Below, in pieces: positions 8,446-18,065 of a stretch of 64,000 nucleotides of DNA. The number at the start of each line of letters is the position of its first letter. Position 1 is the stretch's first letter. Position numbers and translations under genes: made by a program. The notes under the pieces are model-generated. The model was not told the origin of the DNA. It saw nothing but the letters and a program-made list of their open reading frames with translations, and did not search any database. The DNA is from Bacteroidota bacterium (GTDB lineage Bacteria; Bacteroidota; Bacteroidia; Flavobacteriales_F; PHOS-HE28), in the NCBI GenBank assembly GCA_014584605.1, contig JACTMO010000066.1, positions 42,923 through 106,922 on the forward strand, given 5' to 3'.

Positions 8446-10422
8446 TCAATCGAGGGTCAAGGTCACGCGAGTACCCTGCGGGCGATCGTCTTCATCCTTG
8501 AGGTCCTCCACAACGATCCCACCACGCTCGGTCATGCGCCAGGAAAGAAGTCGGAGGCGTTCGCTGGTGAGTTGCATGCCGAGGGAGCGATGGCCGGGCT
8601 CTTTCACGGGTGCCGAAGAGCCATGGCCGCGACCCACACCATTGTCCTCGATGACGCATCGGAAACCATCGCCGTTCGTGGTGAAGCGCACGCTGATCGA
8701 CTTGTCGCCCTGCTTTTCGGCGAGGCCATGCCACACTGCGTTCTCCACGAAGGGCTGCACCAGCAGGGCAGGGATCTCGGTCTCGTCGTCGAGCAGCTCG
8801 CGATCCGCCTCCACTTCGAAATGGAGCCCTTCCAGTCGGTGCGCTTCCAGCTTGAGGTATTGCCGCAAGAAGTCGACCTCCTCCAGGATCGATACGCGGT
8901 CGTTCACGCTGTGGTCGAGCACCATGCGCAGCAGGCGGGCGAACCCTTGGAGGTAGCCGAGGGCCTCCACGTTCTGGCCGGCCTGGGTCATGCGCGCTGC
9001 ACTGTTGAGGCAGTTGTAGATGAAGTGCGGGTTCATCTGGCTGCGCAGCAGCTTCATTTCCAGCAGGCCGTTGATCTCGGTGATCTCTGCGTTACTGCTT
9101 GCCAGTTGCTTGTTCAAACCTTCGAGCGCACTCGCATGTTTGCGCTTCTGCAGAAAGTTGCGCAGCAGCAGCAGCGCGGCCATGAACACGAGCGCCGCCA
9201 AGGCGATGCTGGCGTAGAATTTCACCTGCGCACTTCGGATCAGCGCGGCTTGTGCGGTGTTCTCCGCCCGCAGGATCGCGTTGTCCTTCTCCTTGCGTTC
9301 GGTATCGAATTCCGTGCGAAGGCGTGCGAGCTCCCGCTGCGTATCGGCACCCAGCAGGCTGTCCTTGAGGAACGCATGCCGTTCGAAGTGCGCGATCGCG
9401 GCATCGCCGTCGCCCATCTTGGCGTAGAGGCGGCCCAGGGCCTGTTCGTAGTCCAGGGTCAGCTGCGGTTCACCTGCGCCCGTGCTGAGCGCCAGTCCTT
9501 CGAGCAAGCGGGCTTCGCCGGTCTTCAGTTCGCCGAGCGCGACATGCGCGCTACCGATGCGCTGGAGCACGTACGCCTTGTCGATGGCGCTATGCACCGT
9601 GTCGTAGTGCGCGAGGGCTGAACTGTAGTGTGCAAGGGCTGAACGCGGATCCCGGGGCATGTCCAAGTCACCGAGATTCTCTTCAGCAAGGCCCCAGCCA
9701 TTATGGTCCTGGATCTTGCGGTAGGCCGTGATCGCCGCGGTGTATGCCGTCCTTGCGGATGTGGTATCACCTTGCTCCTTGAGGGTATTGGCCAGACCCA
9801 TCACGCAATTGGCCACCTTGCCGGGGCGGCCCAGGGCCTGCTCCAGCGCCATGGAACGTTTCAAATGCTCCGCGCTTTGCGGGTAGTCCTTGATCTTCCG
9901 ATAGGCGATGCCCAATGAATACAATGTGATGGCGACTCCGGCCGAATCCTTGGCCTGCTCGCTCAAGGTGAGTGACTCGTGGAATCGCTTCAAACTGCCC
10001 ACGCTGTCGCCACGTTTCTCGGCCAGCCATCCCAGGTTGCTGAGCACTACGCTCGTGTATTGAGGCACGCCGAGTTCCTGGAAGATCCCCAGGGCGATGC
10101 CCAGCAGTGAATCGGCACGGTCGAACTGGCCTTGCTCCACGGCGAGCCATCCGAGGTTGTTGTGCGCATCGCCAAGTGCCCGTGGCTGCTGGATCCGCTT
10201 GGCCAGTGCGAGGGCCTGGTCGCCTACGAGCCTCGCGCTATCGGGATCCGAGCGGATCAGGTTGAAGCAGATGCGGGCGAGGATGTCGGCACGCATCGTG
10301 TCGTTCTTCGCCGCGGCCAATTCCTGGTGTAGGCCGGGGATGAGCGAAGCATCCTGGCCCAGCGTGGCGGTGGTGCACAGGAAGGTCAGGAGACAGGGGA
10401 GAGCACCGCGCGACCAGGCCAT
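8446..10422 (-). CDS. TPR-repeat sensor histidine kinase of the LytS/YehU type (partner of a LytTR regulator)
   Basis: Signal/TM at the N-terminus, multiple TPR-like repeats (…NLGWLAVEQGQFDRA…), one TM helix (FYASIALAALVFMAALLLL), then the His_kinase H-box NPHFIYNCLNS and a HATPase region (…VENAVWHG…GVG…). The start is taken at MAWSRGALPCLL; an upstream ATG is possible. Confidence 0.8.
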   Translation of the reverse strand: MAWSRGALPCLLTFLCTTATLGQDASLIPGLHQELAAAKNDTMRADILARICFNLIRSDPDSARLVGDQALALAKRIQQPRALGDAHNNLGWLAVEQGQFDRADSLLGIALGIFQELGVPQYTSVVLSNLGWLAEKRGDSVGSLKRFHESLTLSEQAKDSAGVAITLYSLGIAYRKIKDYPQSAEHLKRSMALEQALGRPGKVANCVMGLANTLKEQGDTTSARTAYTAAITAYRKIQDHNGWGLAEENLGDLDMPRDPRSALAHYSSALAHYDTVHSAIDKAYVLQRIGSAHVALGELKTGEARLLEGLALSTGAGEPQLTLDYEQALGRLYAKMGDGDAAIAHFERHAFLKDSLLGADTQRELARLRTEFDTERKEKDNAILRAENTAQAALIRSAQVKFYASIALAALVFMAALLLLRNFLQKRKHASALEGLNKQLASSNAEITEINGLLEMKLLRSQMNPHFIYNCLNSAARMTQAGQNVEALGYLQGFARLLRMVLDHSVNDRVSILEEVDFLRQYLKLEAHRLEGLHFEVEADRELLDDETEIPALLVQPFVENAVWHGLAEKQGDKSISVRFTTNGDGFRCVIEDNGVGRGHGSSAPVKEPGHRSLGMQLTSERLRLLSWRMTERGGIVVEDLKDEDDRPQGTRVTLTLD

Positions 10423-10548
10423 GGGGTCCACAAGGTAGGCGGTACGGGTTCCGGGCGGCGTGTCCCTCGGCATCGCTTGACTTGCACCCCTCAAACCGAT
10501 CCTGTCGCTCCCACCCGAGCAGGTCGTTCCAGCACCTCCCATGGCAGG

Positions 10549-11301
10549 CTACGCGCTGCCCAACAGCTCGCCCACGTGCTCCCGGGCCTCGCCGGTGCGC
10601 AGGTCCTTCACCAGCAGTCGCCGCACGCGGGTGTACGACCCCATGTCGTGGTCGCCGTTGATGTGCACCGCGCCCATCAGGATCAGGTACTTCACGTTGT
10701 AGGTGGTGCGCGCGGCCAGCAGGTCGATGCGTGCGCTGATGGCCTCCTGCATCACCTCGGTGGCCTCCTTCATCGGATCCCCTGCTGCGAGTATCCGGTC
10801 CTTCGCGGCCAGCACGAGCTGTTCGATGGTGTTCTGCTGATGGTCGATCTCGGTGACCTCCCCGGCCCGGATCTCACCCGCCTGGAGCTTCTTCACGGCC
10901 GCACGGCAGGCACCGCAGCAACCACTGGGCTTCACCTGGCCGATGCGCAGGATGCCGCCCAGACTTCCGTCCTTGCTCACGCCGATATGCGGCCCGTGGT
11001 ATACGAAGACGGCGCCCTCCTCTGGCACGTGCGCGGCGAAGGCACCCATGCCTGTGAGGCCCGCGAAGGGATAGCCGTCCAGGCCCCCGAGTTTGAAGGG
11101 GCCGAGCATCTTGTATGCACGTGGCGGGTATTCGATGATGTTCACGTCGTCGCAGCACAGGCTGTCCGCCGCCATGATCCGGCCGGGCAGGAGCCCGTAC
11201 CGGTTCGCGAGCAGATCGAAAAGGCGGTCCACGGCGGTGATGGTGGAGATGGTGTTCGGGTAGTGCTTGCGGACGATCGCCAGGTGTTCGGGCGTGCTCA
11301 T
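10549..11301 (-). CDS. Conserved hypothetical Cys-rich protein, possibly LCIB/beta-carbonic-anhydrase-like
   Basis: Good coding composition from MSTPEHLAIVRKHYP…; contains CCDD, HGPH and SGCCGAC motifs. The LCIB assignment is a guess from cysteine/histidine spacing only. Confidence 0.45.
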   Translation of the reverse strand: MSTPEHLAIVRKHYPNTISTITAVDRLFDLLANRYGLLPGRIMAADSLCCDDVNIIEYPPRAYKMLGPFKLGGLDGYPFAGLTGMGAFAAHVPEEGAVFVYHGPHIGVSKDGSLGGILRIGQVKPSGCCGACRAAVKKLQAGEIRAGEVTEIDHQQNTIEQLVLAAKDRILAAGDPMKEATEVMQEAISARIDLLAARTTYNVKYLILMGAVHINGDHDMGSYTRVRRLLVKDLRTGEAREHVGELLGSA

Positions 11302-11786
11302 AGCTGGATGTTGTTCTGCGCGGGGATGGGTTGGGGGATGTCGGTCTCGCCGAGCATCTCGCGCAGGTCGATCTCGATGGTACGGCTCAACGCGGTGATC
11401 GGCGTGTCGTTGGCCTGGCCCTCGAAGGGGTTCTCCGTGGCCTCGCCCACGCGCTCCATGGCGTTGAACACCCAGCCGATGAGGAAGCTGGCCGGGATGG
11501 CAAGCCACACCTGCCAGGTGCCCAACTTGGCGAACTCGCCGATCAGTCCCAGGGGCACCAGCCACACGAACAAGCGCGTGAAGAACCTGTTGATGGTGGC
11601 GAACTGCCGTGGATACGGGTAGTTCTTGATCCGTTCACAACCGCCCTGCTGACCGTACATGTCCATGAGGAGCTTTTCCAACAGGATGCGGTGGTTCGCT
11701 TCCAGCACGCCACGTTCGAACAGTTCTGTGATCACACGGCCCTGCGCAGCGAGCAGGTACGTGGCCCGGTTGGTCTTGGCCGGCAC
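11298..11786 (-). pseudogene. C-terminal half of a bestrophin/YneE (UPF0187) family protein; the N-terminal transmembrane half is missing
   Basis: …GGCERIKNYPYPRQFATINRFF…NPFEGQANDTPITALSRTIEIDLREMLGETDIPQ… aligns with the C-terminal ~160 aa of E. coli YneE (…AGCERIAYTPIPFAYT…DPFGTENNDLPLDAICNAIEIDLLQMNDEAEIP…). Nothing resembling the TM N-terminus lies upstream in any frame. Confidence 0.5.
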
Positions 11787-12043
11787 CTGGCCAGGTGCAT
11801 CAACCGCTCCTCATAGATGTCGCATGGGCTTTTGCCGCTCACTTGTTTCACGGTGCGGCTCAAGTGTTCGGGCCGCACCTTCAGGATCCGGGCCAGGTCA
11901 CCGATCTCCGCCAGGCGATCGCGTTCGCCAGAGGCCAGTGCATCGACCTCGGCTTGTACCGCTGCTCGGTACCTGTCCAGCAATTCCTGATCTGTTTGCC
12001 GTGAGGACGAATGGGCCATCGAGCGAAGATCGGGAGGTTCCAT
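11732..12043 (-). CDS. Short ORF carrying a single AraC-type helix-turn-helix half (fragment or mini-HTH protein)
   Basis: …DLARILKVRPEHLSRTVKQVSGKSPCDIYEERLMHLA… matches the first HTH of AraC/XylS domains. No second HTH and no sensor domain. It overlaps the bestrophin remnant in another frame. Confidence 0.3.
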   Translation of the reverse strand: MEPPDLRSMAHSSSRQTDQELLDRYRAAVQAEVDALASGERDRLAEIGDLARILKVRPEHLSRTVKQVSGKSPCDIYEERLMHLARCRPRPTGPRTCSLRRAV

Positions 12044-12053
12044 CCAAAGAGGA

Positions 12054-12340
12054 TCACTCCTGCATCAACGACCGCACCGGATCCGTCTGCGCCGCCCGTA
12101 TCGCACGGAAGCTCACGGTGAACGTCGCGATCAACAGCACGACCAATCCGGCGCCCACGAACACCAATGGCTCGATGGGCGTGCGGTTCCACCCAAGTGA
12201 TGCCCGACTTATCGACGCCCATTCCTTTGCGGATGCCGATCCCGTGTGTACGAGCTTGCCGAAGATGGGGTTGGCCGTAATACCGGTCCTGTCCCCAATG
12301 GAACCGTCCATGCCATGGGGATCGGAGAGCACCACGGCCG
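12054..12340 (-). pseudogene. Remnant of an FtsX/MacB-type ABC permease C-terminus
   Basis: The last ~95 codons of the 547-aa antisense-looking ORF read …NPIFGKLVHTGSA…EPLVFVGAGLVVLLIATFTVSFRAIRAAQTDPVRSLMQE*, the characteristic FtsX-family C-terminal TM helix plus P..R.A…DP..SLR.E tail. Everything upstream in that frame is compositional noise overlapping the plus-strand gene 12504-13700. Confidence 0.4.
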
Positions 12341-12503
12341 GAAAGGAGTCGTCCCCTCCCGGAAGGCCCACAGCGCCAGACACCGGCCATCCACGCATCG
12401 CGACATGACGGATCCCACCATTCCCTGTGGGAACAGATCGATCCCCCTCCGAGCGAGCCATGCCCCGTCCCGATCTATCTTGGTTCATCCGCTGACCGGT
12501 CCC

Positions 12504-13700
12504 ATGCGCGCCTGCACTCTTTCGTCGTCCCTCGCTCTGGCCGCCCTCCACGCCCTCGGTCAAGGCGGTCCGCTCCACCTCAACATCACCAGCCACAACG
12601 AGATGCTGGACGAGAACTACGTGGGCGATCCGCTGCTGTTCAACGAGGCGGTGACGAACTACACGGCCGTGCTCGGGGTGGTCCAGGCGCACAATGCCCG
12701 CTGGAACATGCAAACGTGCAGCCGTTTCGTGGTGGCCGCGCTGCTGCACCAGGATGCGCACACGGAACCAGATGACATCTTCGAGACGCTCTGGAACAGC
12801 GGCGTGGTGCAGATCGACCCACGCAACAAGACCATCAGCGGCTTCCCACCTTACGACCTGGCCGATGTGGCGGTGCTGATCGACAGCTGCGGGGCCGAGG
12901 CCAGCCACATCATGGGTGGCTTCCTGCATTTCCCGTACGCCATGGAGGATTGGACGGACTACCAACTGCCCGCGCCCGGCAACGTCCTCGGGCAGCCGTG
13001 GGACATCGACATCCTCTGGGGCGGCGGAAGTCCCGGCCACATCAACGACGCCAACGACTTCGGCGTGTGGAAGCCGCAGGGCGGAACGGACAGCGTGAGT
13101 TTCTACACCCATGCCCCGGGCAACCACCTCTGGATGGTGGGCAATGGATGTGCGCTGGTGCTCACCGACACCACACCCGTGATCGACGTGTACAACGAGA
13201 TCGCCTTCCAGGTGCAGGCGATCTCCAACGGCGTCTGGCCATCGGACCGGTTCTACTGCGAGAGCGTGATGATGAACACGCGCAACATGGGCACCACCCT
13301 CACCAACAAGCTCGACTCGCTGCTCGACATGCTGGACCCCCTGGTGGCCAGCGGCGATATTGTCTGGGAAACCATCGGCGACAAGTTCGATGCGTTCGAG
13401 GACTGGTCCGCGCAGAACAACATCCCCTACAGTCAGTGGGATTGCGACAGCGCTATCAGCACGGGTCTCGCTGAACCACCGGCCAACGGTCCCTCGATCG
13501 TGGCAACGGCCGGGGGCCTGCTCGTGCACGGCCCGATCGGGCCCATGACCTTGCGCTTGCGGGATGTTACTGGGCGCATGATCCGGATAGCAACGGTACA
13601 TGCTGGCGACCTCCTCCGTACCGATGGCATGCCGGACCTCCTGGTGGCCGAGCTGGAGCACGACGGTCGCCGCTTCAGGTGGAAGCTGGCCCTCCATTGA
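12504..13700 (+). CDS. Secreted hypothetical protein
   Basis: Signal peptide MRACTLSSSLALAALHALGQG and good coding composition. The C-terminus …GRMIRIATVHAGDLLRTDGMPDLLVAELEHDGRRFRWKLALH could be a divergent T9SS tail. No family recognised. Confidence 0.55.
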   Translation: MRACTLSSSLALAALHALGQGGPLHLNITSHNEMLDENYVGDPLLFNEAVTNYTAVLGVVQAHNARWNMQTCSRFVVAALLHQDAHTEPDDIFETLWNSGVVQIDPRNKTISGFPPYDLADVAVLIDSCGAEASHIMGGFLHFPYAMEDWTDYQLPAPGNVLGQPWDIDILWGGGSPGHINDANDFGVWKPQGGTDSVSFYTHAPGNHLWMVGNGCALVLTDTTPVIDVYNEIAFQVQAISNGVWPSDRFYCESVMMNTRNMGTTLTNKLDSLLDMLDPLVASGDIVWETIGDKFDAFEDWSAQNNIPYSQWDCDSAISTGLAEPPANGPSIVATAGGLLVHGPIGPMTLRLRDVTGRMIRIATVHAGDLLRTDGMPDLLVAELEHDGRRFRWKLALH

Positions 13701-13759
13701 TCATCCGCATACGGCCGTCACCGCTCCTTTGGCTTCGCACCGATCACCTTGGAGCGCGT

Positions 13760-16700
13760 ATGAACGGAACATCGCACCCGTCGCTCGTGCGCAAGGTCCA
13801 TCGCGCGCTTCTCGCTTTCCTGCTGGTGCTCCAAGCTGCTTTCAGCACAGCCCAGCTGCCTGCGGAATTGCAGGTCCCAGAGCTGATCTCCGAGGGCCGT
13901 CTGCCCATGCGCAACAGCGCCTTCGTCTTCGAGGACATGGCCACGGCCCGCACACGCGACCGTGAGCGATCATCCAACTTCCTCTCGCTGAACGGCGCGT
14001 GGAAGTTCCATTGGGTGAAGGATCCCGCGCAGCGGCCTGAGAACTTCTTCGAACCGGGGTACGACGACAGCGGTTGGGACGACTTCCGCATCCCTGCCAG
14101 CTGGGAAGTGAACGGCTACGGCCTGCCCATCTACGTGAACCAACCGTACGACTTCGCCGGGCACAACTTGCGGTATGGCAAGATGAACCCGCCCTTCGAC
14201 ATCCCTGCGCATAACAACCCCGTGGGTTCCTACCGCCGCACCATGGTGCTGCCGCAAGGCTTCAAGGGCAAGCAGGTCTTCCTGCACGTGGACGGCGCCA
14301 AGAGCTGCCTCTTCGTATGGGTGAACGGCCGGCAAGTGGGCTACAGCGAGGACAGCAAGCTGGCCGCGGTGTTCGACATCACGCCCTACCTGCATGAAGG
14401 GGAGAATCTCTTCGCCTTCCAGGTGTACCGCTGGAGCGATGCCAGCTACCTGGAGTGCCAGGATATGTGGCGCTTCTCGGGCATCCAGCGCGATGTGTTC
14501 CTCTACTGCACCAATTCGCTCAACATCCGCGACAGCAAGGTGACCGCCACCTTGGCCAGTGACCTCACCACGGGCGTGCTGGACATCGATGCCGAGGTGG
14601 ACAACTACAAATGGGAGCACGGCTACATCAGCCGGCCGGACAGCTTCACGGTGCATGCGCAGCTCGAAGATGCCCGTGGCGCCGTGGTGTACCGCGACAG
14701 CACCGCCGGTTTCCGCACGGTGGCCGGCCGCTTCCACACCAACGTGCCCTTCCATGCGGAACTGCCGCACGTGCGCGCCTGGAGCGCAGAAACGCCCAAC
14801 CTGTACACGCTCTACCTCACCTTGAAGGACCGCGACGGTCGCGTGCTGGAGGTGGTGCCGCAGCGCATCGGCTTCAAACGCGTGGAGATCAGGGGCAGCG
14901 ACCTGCTGGTGAACGGCCAGCGCGTATGGATCAAGGGCGTGAACCGCCACGAGCACCACCCACGCACGGGCCACACCCTCACCCATGCGGACATGCGCAA
15001 GGACATGGAGATGATGAAGAAGCTCAACATCAACGCGGTCCGCAACTCGCACTACCCGCCGGACCCGTACTGGATGGAGCTTTGCGACGAATACGGCCTG
15101 TACGTGGTGGACGAGGCCAACATCGAGAGCCACGGCCTGGGCTACGACCTCAGCGTCACCATCTCCAACAAGCCGCGCTGGGAAGAGGCCCACCTGCAGC
15201 GGATCCAGCGCATGTACGAGCGCGACAAGAACCACGCCTCGGTGATCGCCTGGTCGCTGGGCAATGAGGCGGGCGACGGGTACATTTTCCGCGAGGGCTA
15301 CGCCTGGCTGAAGCAACGCAGCACGCTGCCCGTGCAGTACGAGCGCGACCTGGACTATGACGATCCCGTGAAGACGCCGTACTCGGAGACCTTCTGCCCG
15401 CAGTACATCAGCCCGCCGGACATGGAGGCTTATGCCAACAGCGATGCACACCTGCCCTTCATCCAGAGCGAGTATGCGCACATCATGGGCAACAGCCTGG
15501 GCAACTTCAGCGACTACTGGCGGATCACCAAGGAGAACCCCAAGCTGCAGGGCGGCTTCATCTGGGAATGGATCGACCAGGCCATCGATACGGTGAAGAA
15601 CGGCCGACGCATCATGGCCTACGGCGGCGACTTCCCGCTGGAAGGCCCGGTGGACGAGAATCTCAGCGACAACAACTTCTGCATCAAGGGCGTGGTGGAT
15701 GCTTACCGACGGCCCACGCCCATGGCCCACGAAGTGAAGCAGGCGCATCAACCCATCGATGCGGTGTGGTTGGGCGATCGCCGGGTGCGCGTGAGCAATG
15801 GCCGCTTCTTCCGTCCGCTGGACAACCTGGCCGTTCGCTGGGTGATGCAGGAGAATGGCAAAGTCGTGGAGAACGGGACCATGGGCCTACCCGCCGTACC
15901 GCCGCAGCAAAGCACGGAGCTCACCGTGCGGTACCGACACACGCTCGAAGCGGGCAAGGAGTACCAGCTGAACGTGGCCTTCACGCTGAAGACCGCGGAA
16001 CCCTTCCTCCCCGCCGGACATGAACTCGCCTCGGCGCAATTCGAGCTGCAGTCCGCACCTGCGGCGGCCTTCACACCGCGACCGGGTTCGCTGGAAGTAA
16101 GCCGAGACTCCGTGCAGTGCACCGTGCGCGGCAAGCACTTCAGCGTACGCTTCGATCTACGCGCGGGTCTTCTGGACGCATACACGTGGAAGGGCAAGGA
16201 GCTGATCCACCAAGGCCCGGAACCGGCGTTCTGGCGCGCGCCCACGGACAACGACATCGGGGCCGGCCTCAACAAAAGCCAACGCGCATGGCGCAACGCG
16301 TACGTGCAAGGTGAAGACTTAGCGACCGAAGTGGACTGTCCTCCCGGTGCGCCTTGTCGCATCCGGTTCAGCAAGACCTTGCTTCGCGGTGATGCCCGGC
16401 ACGAGCAAGTTTTCACAATCCATGGCGATGGCAGCATCCACGTGGAGAACCATTTCACCGCCGTGAAGGGCGAGCACCCGCTGCTGATGCGCGCCGGCAA
16501 CGACCTGGTGCTGAACAAGGACCTCCGCCAGATCGAATGGTATGGCCGTGGGCCTGTGGAGGACTACGCGGACCGGCACGCCTACGCCTTCATCGGCATC
16601 CATCGGCAAACCGTGGATGACCAGTACTACCCCTACGCCCGTCCGCAGGAAAGCGGCAACCACGGTGGTGTGCGCTGGCTGCGCTTCAGCGACGGCAAGG

Positions 16701-16960
16701 GCACCACACTCAGCATCCTGGGCGCCGACAGCTTGCTCAACTTTTCCGCCCTGCCCTACAGCCTGGACGACCTGGACCCCGGCCCGGAGAAGAAGCAGTA
16801 CCACAGCGGCGAACTGGTGCCCCGCAACGAGACCTATGCGCACATCGACCTGCGGCAGACCGGCCTCGGCGGCATCGACAGCTGGGGATCATGGCCCTTG
16901 GAAAAATACCGCGTGCCCTTCAAGGACTACGCGTACAGCTATTGGCTGCGGGTGGAGTGA
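13760..16960 (+). CDS. Glycoside hydrolase family 2 beta-galactosidase (LacZ-like), secreted
   Basis: Signal peptide, then NGAWKFHWVKDPAQRPENFF…IPASWEVNGYGLPIYVNQPYDF…, which parallels LacZ LNGEWRFAWF…[22 protein letters not shown]. Also SLGNEAGDG (LacZ SLGNESGHG) and a C-terminal GH2 small-chain domain. Confidence 0.9.
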   Translation: MNGTSHPSLVRKVHRALLAFLLVLQAAFSTAQLPAELQVPELISEGRLPMRNSAFVFEDMATARTRDRERSSNFLSLNGAWKFHWVKDPAQRPENFFEPGYDDSGWDDFRIPASWEVNGYGLPIYVNQPYDFAGHNLRYGKMNPPFDIPAHNNPVGSYRRTMVLPQGFKGKQVFLHVDGAKSCLFVWVNGRQVGYSEDSKLAAVFDITPYLHEGENLFAFQVYRWSDASYLECQDMWRFSGIQRDVFLYCTNSLNIRDSKVTATLASDLTTGVLDIDAEVDNYKWEHGYISRPDSFTVHAQLEDARGAVVYRDSTAGFRTVAGRFHTNVPFHAELPHVRAWSAETPNLYTLYLTLKDRDGRVLEVVPQRIGFKRVEIRGSDLLVNGQRVWIKGVNRHEHHPRTGHTLTHADMRKDMEMMKKLNINAVRNSHYPPDPYWMELCDEYGLYVVDEANIESHGLGYDLSVTISNKPRWEEAHLQRIQRMYERDKNHASVIAWSLGNEAGDGYIFREGYAWLKQRSTLPVQYERDLDYDDPVKTPYSETFCPQYISPPDMEAYANSDAHLPFIQSEYAHIMGNSLGNFSDYWRITKENPKLQGGFIWEWIDQAIDTVKNGRRIMAYGGDFPLEGPVDENLSDNNFCIKGVVDAYRRPTPMAHEVKQAHQPIDAVWLGDRRVRVSNGRFFRPLDNLAVRWVMQENGKVVENGTMGLPAVPPQQSTELTVRYRHTLEAGKEYQLNVAFTLKTAEPFLPAGHELASAQFELQSAPAAAFTPRPGSLEVSRDSVQCTVRGKHFSVRFDLRAGLLDAYTWKGKELIHQGPEPAFWRAPTDNDIGAGLNKSQRAWRNAYVQGEDLATEVDCPPGAPCRIRFSKTLLRGDARHEQVFTIHGDGSIHVENHFTAVKGEHPLLMRAGNDLVLNKDLRQIEWYGRGPVEDYADRHAYAFIGIHRQTVDDQYYPYARPQESGNHGGVRWLRFSDGKGTTLSILGADSLLNFSALPYSLDDLDPGPEKKQYHSGELVPRNETYAHIDLRQTGLGGIDSWGSWPLEKYRVPFKDYAYSYWLRVE

Positions 16961-17082
16961 GGGCGCAAGGGCATGGGTGCCGCAACGCGTCACCACGGTC
17001 GATCGGTGCGGGCCATCTGCGAAACTGCGACACCCGCAGCCACTGGTGGTGACCGGAAAACCGGTAGCAGCAATTGCACAGT

Positions 17083-17401
17083 CTACGACTCGTGCGTGGC
17101 CAGCTTTCGTACCAATTCCTGCGTAAGGCTCGATGCGGTAGGGCCGTAGCCGTTCACCAGGATGCCCTTGATGCGGCCGTCGCGCGAGCGGATGGCGTAC
17201 ACGATGCTCTGGTCGCTGGGATCATTCATGCCCTCGAAGCGGTGGAACTCGTCGATCTCAAAATCGTCCGGATCGAGGCTGACGCCCTGGGCATCGCAGA
17301 CCAGGCAGTGGCCGCCGATGGCCAGGTCGTCGGTGTAACCCCTGCGCTGCAGGTCGTTCACGGCTTCTGAAAGGGTCGCATAGGCGTGCATGGCGTTCGG
17401 T
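17083..17401 (-). CDS. Small hypothetical protein (106 aa)
   Basis: MHAYATLSEAVNDLQRRGYTDDLAIGGHCLVCDAQGV… has reasonable composition. The longer annotated ORF upstream of this Met is Arg/Gly/His-rich noise. Confidence 0.4.
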
Positions 17402-17465
17402 ACGGAGCTGTGAAGATAGGCCCCACGTCGCCCCCCACACCCGCGGCCAGGCACGAACGACCGGA

Positions 17466-17915
17466 TCACCCGTTTCCACCGGACCACTCGGCCCAACTGG
17501 TGGCCGTCTCCTGCAGCCGGGCCTTGCACAACCGCGCTCCTTCGGGCATCCGCGGCGCCAGCTCCTCCACGATGGCCAGCAGGATGTTCTCGCACGTGGG
17601 CTGGTACGGCGTGAAGATGATCCGCCCGAACAGGGCCTCCTCCGTGCGCACCGTGCCGCGCTCCGCCTCGTGGAGGAACAGTGCGTGATCGTACCGGTCC
17701 ACGATGGGCTTCACCAGCCGTTTGAGGTCGGCGAAGTCGATCACCATGCCGTCCTTGGCGCTGCCCGGCACGTGCGCCGGCGTGCCCTCGATGCTCACGT
17801 CCAGCACGTAGCTGTGCCCATGGATGTGGGCGCACAGCCCGTCGTGGCAACGCAGGGCATGGGCCATCTCGAAGCTGAAGCGCTTGGTGACGCGTACGAT
17901 ACGGGGGATCGACAT
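17466..17915 (-). CDS. queD: 6-carboxy-5,6,7,8-tetrahydropterin synthase (QueD/PTPS family)
   Basis: …FSFEMAHALRCHDGLCAHIHGHSYVLDVSIEG… carries the PTPS Cys-x-His-Gly-His zinc motif. Confidence 0.85.
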   Translation of the reverse strand: MSIPRIVRVTKRFSFEMAHALRCHDGLCAHIHGHSYVLDVSIEGTPAHVPGSAKDGMVIDFADLKRLVKPIVDRYDHALFLHEAERGTVRTEEALFGRIIFTPYQPTCENILLAIVEELAPRMPEGARLCKARLQETATSWAEWSGGNG

Positions 17916-18065
17916 GGACGCTGCGTATTGGTGACCGTCAGGGCTGCGAAGTTCGCAAGCCCGCGCCGATCTCCGCCTTCAACCCCACCCTGGCCGTGTG
18001 GATCCCCAACATCCTTTTCGGCATCATGGGCGCGGTGATCCACTGGAAGGCGCCGAAGTGATCCC

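Noticed and set aside
12054-13697. 547-aa minus-strand ORF
   Set aside because: Only the last ~95 codons look real (the FtsX C-terminal remnant). The remainder is compositional noise antisense to the secreted-protein gene at 12504-13700.
13970-15751. 593-aa minus-strand ORF and nested plus-strand ORFs (14611-15267, 15568-16023)
   Set aside because: They lie inside, and are antisense to or out of frame with, the well-supported GH2 beta-galactosidase. Arg/His/Gly-rich noise.
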